Shown: one piece after another, positions 55,611 to 64,000 of the stretch
Numbering within the stretch: the first letter of the stretch is position 1
Layout of the letters: the number at the start of each line of letters is the position of its first letter
Source: Eledone cirrhosa
Lineage: Eukaryota
Length of the DNA: 64,000 nucleotides
Assembly: GCA_964016885.1 (NCBI GenBank)
Contig: OZ024749.1
Location: 32,922,001-32,986,000, forward strand
Reading direction: 5' to 3'
Translations under genes and position numbers: made by a program
Notes under the pieces: generated by a model
Databases searched by the model: none
Told to the model about the DNA's origin: nothing
The model's input: only the letters and a program-made list of their open reading frames with translations

Positions 55611-56082
55611 ATTATGGATATATTTACATATAAAGTAATAGAGAATGTGTGTGTGTGTATGTATGAGTGGCAATATAATTTGTGTGTATGTGGCAATATG
55701 TGTGTGTGTGAAATACATTGTGTATATGGCAATATATTGTGTGCGCTTGTGTGTGTGTGTATTGAATACTAACCCTTGGATATAAACACTATGGATATAA
55801 ATAAATATAAAATGGGTGCATGCATGGTTGCATATTCAACTATTCAACTATGTATGGCTGTGCCTTTGCATGTGTGTGTGTGTGTATATACATGTGGGAA
55901 TATTAACAACAACAACTGTACTATCTAGAGTATGAATATATAATTAGCTGTAATATGAACTCTATTGAGATCTAATCTAGTTGGAATTTTGGGCAAAATG
56001 TGACACAAGCAATAGTTGCGTGTGTATGTACTAATCTAATCATATGTATGCATTCATACATACACACATTCACTACTGTATA

Positions 56083-56136
<54 letters not shown>

Positions 56137-56152
56137 TATATATGTGTGTGTG

Positions 56153-56188
<36 letters not shown>

Positions 56189-56192
56189 TATA

Positions 56193-56291
56193 CAGGCTGT
56201 CCCCCAAAATGTATACACACTTTGATTACCTGTACAGGCAATATTTATTAGAATGCTGTTGAAGTGTGTATACATTTTTTGTGACACATTG
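56193..56291. mobile_element. Tc1/mariner-type MITE (~99 bp)
   Basis: TA-flanked, with ~30-bp imperfect TIRs CAGGCTGTCCCCCAAAATGTATACACACTT / AAGTGTGTATACATTTTTTGTGACACATTG. Confidence 0.7.
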
Positions 56292-56700
56292 TACAATATA
56301 TGAAACTTGCTCACACATAAAACATGTAAACACAATAATTGTTTCTACTTTTGGGACAAGGCCAGCAATTATCCCAGTGCATTACTGGTACTTTATTTTA
56401 TTGACCCCGTAAGGATGAAAGGCAAAGTTAACCTCGGTGGGATTTGAACTCAGAATGGCAAGGGCCGTAACTCTATGCATCAAAGCATGGCGTCCGACCC
56501 TCTACTGATATTGCCAATCCACAATAATGCATGGTTGCCAGATATGGTACCTTGTTAAAACTGGGGTTTTGTTATAGGAACACAAAATTCTTTTACAGTA
56601 AAGCTACATCTATTTTAGTATTAGTATAAACAAGTGTACACACACACAACCCATGCTAGCATGGAAGATAGATGTTAATTGATGATATATATATATACAT

Positions 56701-56731
<31 letters not shown>

Positions 56732-58242
56732 GAACACTGGAAGGTAATATCTGTAGCGGTAGAGAACTCAGTCCATGGGAACGAGTTTGGTAGAAGTAGT
56801 AACACAACAGTTAGTTCACTGTACCGAGAACAATTGCTTCACTTTAGCGGATCTTCAACTTCTACTTATATATATATATATATATTCCGACCTCACACAC
56901 TTACACCTCACCAAGACAATGTCACTGGACCGAGACCTTTGGCGGTACTCAGTAATAGAGAAGACCCGCCTTACCTAAATACAAAGTAAAACCTACTACA
57001 GTCAGTAGGCATCTCTAACAAAATACACCCCCGTCCCACCACCCCCACCCCATCCACACCGCCCCTTTCAATGTAAAGTTATGTTGGTGCCACAACATCC
57101 AGGCCGAAACAAATGAGATCGTGTAGGTGTCACGTCAAAAAAACACACAGTTCACGCTGTAATGTGGCCGTGTAGGCAACACGGTAAAAACCTCCCAGCC
57201 CCACACTGTAAATGTGGTTGGTGTTAGGAAGGGCATCCAGCTGTAGAAAACCCGCCAGATAGTCCTATGCGAGCAAGATAACCACTCTTGCCTCAAGTGG
57301 GAAAACCCTCCGTCCAAACCCATGCAAGCATGGAACACGGACGTTAAACGATGATGATGATGATGATGATATATAATATAAGCAACTATTGCACCAAGAA
57401 AAATATAGACTTCAGCGAGAAAAGAGAGTAGGAGTTTATTGGCTTTAACATATGTTTCTGTGTCATAATAGTCTACATATGCTGACTACAATATATATTG
57501 TTCAATCGTATGCAATACTTAATTATTTATACCACTATATATATATATATGTGTGTTTGTGTGTAGTAGATTTCTATTTCTATCTACCTGTTTTCTTGTT
57601 ATTGAAGTATTGCCTTGTAAATGTGGTGGTGTTAGTGCCTTGATGGTGGTGGTGTTAGTGCCTTGATGGTGGTGATACCATGATAAAACACACTAGGTAC
57701 ACACTGAACTGGTTGAGTGAGATGCAGTCATTTGACCTGTCTAGCATCAGAACTTGACAACCCTTCTAACCCAATCAAGTATGGTAAATAGACACACAGA
57801 CAGAATAAAGCTCAAGACATACCAGCATTTCTCAGTTATTTCCCCACTTGGTTTTATTTTGGGTGACACAGATCATTGAATTTATGGTGACTTTACTCAA
57901 AATATACTCTCACTGCATCCTTTAAAACCTCCATGCTTCCTGAGATTCACCAATACTACACCTAATATTCCCCCTCCATTCACATGCACACATGTATAAC
58001 ATGACTCATACACTATTCACTTCCCTGACATTTGTATATTATTCTATGTGCTATACATGCACCTTTGACGAGTTGTAGTGCACCTGAGCACTTTACACAA
58101 TAATTTCATTATTATTATTATATGCATACATCATCATCTTTTCCATGTTTGCATGGATTGGATTCTCTCCAGAACAATATCTCACCACTTGTTGCATTTC
58201 TTATTTTTTTGTTATCTCCCTTTATATCCATATATATCTATG

Positions 58243-58281
<39 letters not shown>

Positions 58282-58386
58282 GTTATCACATACATAAAAT
58301 AAAATTAAATTAAATCAATGATACATATATGTGTTGCAACTGTTCACTTTTAAGCTCAATAAGTTAAAATAAAAAAATCAGAGCAT

Positions 58387-58581
58387 TATATCATAAAACG
58401 TGTCTATAGAATCAATCAGATATTAAAATATATACTATTTCTTCCTCTAATCAGCATAATTAACCATATACATAATCAAATCCAGCATTTGATTATGTAT
58501 ATGGTTAATTATGCTGATTAGAGGAAGAAATAGTATATATTTTAATATCTGATTGATTCTATAGACACGTTTTATGATATA
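58387..58581. repeat. Foldback palindrome, 95-bp arms, 5-nt loop, ending in (TA)n
   Basis: 58387-58481 is the reverse complement of 58487-58581. Confidence 0.9.
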
Positions 58582-58849
58582 TATATATATATATATGAAT
58601 ATGAATGAGATGTTTCTAATTAAGACCAATAAGACTATTATTCAACTTAGTACTCTATACTTAAGAGAATCCTTATAATAATATTGCGCACCAGCAAGGT
58701 GGCTGCTAAGGTAGAGATGCAGTTCGTCTTCTGTAGCTGTTTCTCTTTGGGCATTTTCTGCTGATTTTATATATATATATATATGTGTATATATGCAAAA
58801 GGTTAACAGAAATAACAAAGCAAATGACATAGTACAATGAAGAAACAAT

Positions 58850-59127
58850 GAAGAACGGACATAAAACGGTGATGATGATGATGTGTGGAAGAACGGACAT
58901 AAAACGGTGATGATGATGATGTGTGTGGAAGAACGGATGTAAAACGGTGATGATGATGATCATGTGTGGAAGAACAGACGTAAAACGGTGATGATGATGA
59001 TCATGTGTGGAAGAACGGACGTAAAACGGTGATGATGATGATGTGTGTGGAAGAACGGACGTAAAACGGTGATGATGATGTGTGTGGAAGAACGGACGTA
59101 AAACGGTGATGATGATGATGATGATGT
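58850..59127 (+). repeat. ~37-42-bp tandem repeat of the LINE 3' terminus, 7 copies
   Basis: Unit GTGTGGAAGAACGGACGTAAAACGGT(GAT)n, matching the reverse complement of ~15277-15322. Confidence 0.9.
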
Positions 59128-59344
59128 GTAGAGAGAGAGAGAGTATGAGAAGGAGATCTAAGGTGAATGAAACTGAAGAGGCGGAGAAAGAAAGACAAGA
59201 ATAATCTTAGGCAGTGCATAAAACGAAGAGGTCGCCTGTGTCATAGCTGGCCACGGGAGATAATTGAACCCACATAACTTTTATTGTTATTGTTGTTCTT
59301 CATTATCTTCTTTTTCTTCCCCTTCTAGTTATTACTATTATTAT

Positions 59345-60060
59345 TAGGGCAGTGAATTGTCAGTATCGGTAGAGGGTCGGACGCCATGCTTTCTAGCATA
59401 GTTACGGCCCCTTTACGGTCTGAGTTCAAATCCCGTCGAGGTTAACTTTACCTTTCATTCTTACGGGGTCGATAAAATAAAGTACCAGTAATGCACTGGG
59501 TAATTGCTGGCCTTGTGCCAAAAGTAGAAACAATTATTAGGGCGGTGGATTGGAGTGTCGGTAGAGGGTCGGACGCCATGCTTTGCAGCATAGAGTTACA
59601 GCCCTTACATTCTGAGTTCAAATCTCGCCGAGGTTAACTTTGCCTTTCATCCTTACAGGGTCGATAAAATAAAGTAACAGTAATGCACTGGTGTCGATTC
59701 CCCTTTCAAATTCCTGCCCTTCTACCTATCGAAAAAAATCATTATTATTATTGTTGTATTAAGAATGGCAGATTAGCAGAATTAGTAGAGCTTCGGACAC
59801 CATGCGATGCAGCATAGAGTTATGGCCCTTTACGTGATTTGAACACAAGCATTTTTATTACATAGTTCTTTATAACCAGATATCTATTCTGACTGATCTA
59901 CCTTTTCTTCCATAGCAACGTTATGGAAGACGGATTGGCAGTATCGGTAGAGGGTTGGACGCCATGCTTTGTCGCATAGTTACGGCCCTTGCCATTCTGA
60001 ATTCAAATCCCGCCAAGGTTAACTTTGCCTTTCATCCTTACGGGGTTGATAAAATAAAGT
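59345..60060 (+). mobile_element. Cluster of 3-4 same-orientation SINE family 1 copies
   Basis: Repeated GGCAGTATCGGTAGAGGGTCGGACGCCATG...GAGTTCAAATCCCG...GATAAAATAAAGT-type units at about 59347, 59539, 59765 (partial) and 59930. Confidence 0.85.
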
Positions 60061-60534
60061 CTGTACAAGCTGTAAGAGTGTTTTTCTGACTGTAATAGAG
60101 CCATATATATATATAGCGAAAATATCCATAAGAGGATAAAGCGCTCTCTACATAAAGAGAGCTAATATTTATTTAATATGATTTATACAGATGAAAATCC
60201 ATTGCAGTCAAAGGTTTCATAAGCTATCAAGGCTGCTATGTGCAAGCTATGTCTGTTAGTCATATCATCATATATATATTGTCTGGTTGATTTAACTCTT
60301 TTGCATTTACGACCATATCTACTGTTGTATTTTCATGGTAAATGCTTTATCTCACACAATATCGAATCTATGAGATTTTGATGTTATTTATTTTGAGAAC
60401 AATACTTTAACATCAGTATGAGTAGCCGATTACGGCTGATTTGAACAGAAAGAGGTGAGAGAATTCTAGCCGGATACTTCTGGTTTAAACGTTTTTCTTT
60501 TTGGTTATTTCTTAATCCAATTCAATTTTTGTAG

Positions 60535-60709
60535 GAAAGAAAAGAAAATATGGAGCCTAATGTAGAATGTCAAGGCCAATCAGCTTCTGGTACTCGAACA
60601 TGTCGCGCACGTCGATCGATCAACTACAAATTTACTGAGTTTGATGAACTTATTGACAGCGCTATCCAGGACGATATGAAGACAGTGAAAGATGCTTCGG
60701 CTGGAGAAT
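60535..60709 (+). CDS. RSF1: RSF1-like exon (ERKENMEP...RARRSINYKFTEFDELIDSAIQDDM...)
   Basis: TAG|...|GTAAGC, phase 0-1. Matches the RSF1 RxRxxIxYxFxEFDExIxxAI motif. Follows a 30.4-kb intron. Confidence 0.9.
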
Positions 60710-61235
60710 GTAAGCTCTCCCAGCAAACATTTCTTGCTTCTTGCGGATTTTTTCTTTAATATTTTTATAGTTTTGCTTTAAATTCTTAACTCTTCTAATA
60801 CTTCTACCAAACTTCCTGAATATATCTCTAGTTCTCTGATACAAAACTCTGAATCTGCCTCTAGTTCTCTAATGCAAAACTGTTTATTTTAAAGTATTTA
60901 CATGAATTGAGTTTTGAAGCAGTTTTCAAAAGCATTGTGACATTATAATACTTTTAAATAATTTGAAGTCCAAAAAATGCAAAGAATTACAACTCGTTTT
61001 ATGCAACATTTTTAATCTGTTTTAATTATTTGTACACATTGTTTGAGCATCTGGCCATTTAAAATTAATTTAAAGTATTTATATTTATCTAAAAATCTTC
61101 CATCATAATTTTATGTAAGAAAACCAGCTTAATAATTTGCAAGTTAGTCATTTTACTAAATACCTCTAAAATTATTTGTTATTTTCAAAATATAGGCTGT
61201 ATCTTTCAGTAGAAATATGGTAATGTTAAACGATG

Positions 61236-61288
<53 letters not shown>

Positions 61289-61309
61289 TTGTATATATTT
61301 TATTTTTAG

Positions 61310-61625
61310 GTAATGAAGATGAAGAGTCACATAGTGGTAAAGACATGTCGAACTTCAGCTCCCGGGAAGCCCCTGTTAGCAGGGGCAAAGACATGGACAC
61401 TATAATGACAGTGTACAGTGAAAGCAATGACCTTCGACCCCAAGGAATCCAAGCCAAAAAGGAAGCTGGTCGTCGCCGAGGAAAGGACATTTCTAATCTT
61501 GTGGGTAAAGGAAGCGACAGCGACGAACAGTATCCTGCACCTCGCAAAAGGCGGCCTAGGAGAAAGCTAACCACTCTTGACAGTGACAGTTACGGCTCTG
61601 ATAGTGAAGAGTACAAAGCTTCCGA
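61310..61625 (+). CDS. RSF1: RSF1-like exon (GKDMS/GKDMD/RGKDIS motifs, RKRRPRRKLTTLDSD)
   Basis: TAG|...|GTAAGT, phase 1-2, open frame with an RGKDIS motif. Confidence 0.88.
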
Positions 61626-62655
61626 GTAAGTAACCTTATATGATGTAATGATGTATGTAGAAAAAAAATGAAATAAAATGTGCAAATCAAATTTACAGCT
61701 CACACATATGTAGGTTTAACTGGCCTCATAATGAACTTTCTTGGGTGTTTTAATGATAGTGTCCCTAGTTCTATCATGTCGTTACAGCTCACACTTATGT
61801 AGGTTAAGCTGACAACCTATGAGGTTGTATTTCATAGGAGGTTTCTTGGGTGTTTTAATGACAGGGTCCCAGTCCTATCAGATGTTATTACATCTGGAAT
61901 GACTTGGATTGTAGAGTTGTATTACTAAACCCCTCAAAATTCTTGATTATTTGAAAATCATGAGGAGTGGGTGTCTCTAATTTGAAATATGGTGATGAAT
62001 GGGTTAAGACTTGGATATGAAATGGGATCAGTTTTCATCCAAATAAAGGCTCACCTAAAGATTAACCCTTGTTTATAGCAACCTGACCTACTTAAATTAA
62101 AATCTTTATTAAAAATTATTTTATAAGAACCATCTGTTAAATGTTAAGTTAATATGTTAGTATTGAAATAATTAGTAATTTTAGTAAATCCCTCAACATT
62201 CTTCATTAATTAATTGAAATAGAGTGTATTTCTTTAGAAATACAGTCACGAAAGGGTTAAATATGTGTTCCATTTGCTGTACCAAACATTTACACTTAAA
62301 AGGCTTATACTAATAAAAAAAAAAGATTGTAGCTCACATCTATACAGGCTTAGATAGCCTCTTGCAACGTTGCATCTCATAGAAGGTTTCTTGGGTACTT
62401 ACTTTATTGATAGAGGACCCCAGTGTTTTTACAGCTCATACATAGCTATGTAGGCTTAGCTGGCCTCTTACAAGGTTGTATCTCATCACAGGTTTCTTAG
62501 GTACTTTAGTGATAGAAATTGCAGTCTTATAATGAATGAATTAACTAATTAATTGAAATAGTGTATTTCCTTAGAAATAGTGTAGACTTAACCAGCTTTT
62601 TATCCTATCTGGAAGGTTTATAAGGTTGATAACAGATTTATTTATTTTCATTTAG

Positions 62656-62855
62656 GGAATCTGACCCTTCAGTTGAAGATCTTGATCTAAGTGATTATTC
62701 AGAAGACGAAGAAGATGACGATGATGATGATGATGAAGATTATGGCAGCAGGCGTCGCTCAACCCGTTCATCAACCAGACAGAATACCCGTGCCAGTCAA
62801 AAATCATCTAGAATTAACACTCGGAGGAGCCGGCGACGTAACTTTGATGACTTTG
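62656..62855 (+). CDS. RSF1: RSF1-like exon (acidic, then R/S-rich: ESDPSVEDLDLSDYSEDEED...RRRNFDDF)
   Basis: TAG|...|GTAAGG, phase 2-1, open frame. Confidence 0.85.
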
Positions 62856-63533
62856 GTAAGGAAACAAACACCCATTTTTTTTTAACTAGTCCCACCTCCT
62901 CCTTTACAATGTTTTTGAAGAGTCCTCTTACCCTATGTTGTTAAAAAAATATATATATCTGTAGTTTTTAGTTTTATCAAGGACAAGAGAAGATCTCTAG
63001 TACTAGTGCCACTATAATATGCACCCAGTATACTCTGTAAAATAATTGATGGTCGAATGTAGACAAGGTAGATGGAAAGCGACTTTAGTCTTGTCAAGGA
63101 TACAACAATCTCATTAGTACTGCACTATTAGAACTCCAATACAATTTCTCATTATTAGTGTCTAATGTTATGTCAAGGGAATGAACTCAACAACTGAACA
63201 CTAAGCAGAAGTTATTCCTACTTGCTTGACATACATTATACATGGGCTTCTTTACAAAAACATACAAAGGACGTCAATTTTTAACCCTTTTGGTACTAAA
63301 CCACCTTAGCCACCCTCATTTTATGAAATAAAACTGCCCATTTAAAAATATATATATTTATATTAAAATCTGCCATTATAATTTTATCTAAGGAATATTT
63401 AAGTAATGTTCAAACATCAGCTTACTAATATTAACCCTTTATCGGTTACATTACTCTATAGTTACTATTATATTTTCATGGTAAACGCTTTACCTTACAT
63501 GATTATCCCACATAATATCTAATCTATGAAATT

Positions 63534-63695
63534 TGGTACAACAGTGGTTGTCATAGTGACATGTGGGAGGCTGACAGTGAGATGGTACAACAGTGGTTGT
63601 CATAGTGACATGTTGTGGGAGGCTGACAGCGAGATTGTACAACAGTGGTTGTCATAGTGACACATAGGAGATTGACTGAGGTAATATGACAGTGG
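63534..63695. repeat. ~50-bp tandem repeat, 3 copies
   Basis: GTACAACAGTGGTTGTCATAGTGACA recurs three times. Confidence 0.8.
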
Positions 63696-63818
63696 CTAGA
63701 GTCCAAAAGTGTCCATTATATATTTATTTGTGAATATATTTTCATCTTTTTTATTTTATATTCATATTTAATTACTTTTGATTTTTATTTATTAAAATTT
63801 TTTAAAAATTTATTTCAG

Positions 63819-64000
63819 TCGTTGATGACGATTATGACACCGATGACAGTGGAAATTACCGCAGGTCCACAAGGGCTTCGGTTAAGCGGAAAGTAAATTA
63901 CCGTGAGAAATTCAGTGACGAGGAGGAGGAAATGACACCATCGGAGGAGAGCGAGGCAAACAGCGAAGATTTCTCTGACCTTGCATCTGACGACAGCGTG
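63819..64000 (+). CDS. RSF1: RSF1-like exon, truncated by window end (VDDDYDTDDSGNYRRSTRASVKRKVNYREKFSDEEE...)
   Basis: TTTCAG acceptor, phase 1, frame open to the last base, KVNYxE motif. Confidence 0.85.

Noticed and set aside
59550-59630. tRNA genes at the SINE heads
   Set aside because: A/B boxes only, no cloverleaf, followed by SINE body and tail.

Overview
AT-rich, repeat-dense animal genomic DNA with spliceosomal GT-AG introns, not prokaryotic. The SINE, MITE and microsatellite content suggests a cephalopod such as octopus (inference). One gene explains all credible coding sequence: a + strand RSF1-like chromatin remodelling factor. I could chain 15 phase-compatible exons from 10550 to the window end, encoding DDT/WHIM-like, PHD-finger and acidic/basic C-terminal regions and including one 3.8-kb low-complexity exon. 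The first coding exon was not found, and the last exon runs off the window. The introns hold piggyBac-type TTAA MITEs, two tRNA-derived SINE families, RTE-like LINE fragments, several minisatellites and a ~9.0-9.3 kb tandem duplication. The most unusual signals are: (i) long foldback palindromes inserted in (TA)n tracts, one carrying a type I hammerhead ribozyme in each arm (Penelope-like pLTR architecture); (ii) an RTE-like LINE with a twin-priming-type inversion; (iii) minisatellites traceable to retroposon 3' modules; (iv) an orphan CpG-rich island with twin ETS sites upstream of the first visible exon. All coordinates were read by eye and repeat boundaries are approximate.
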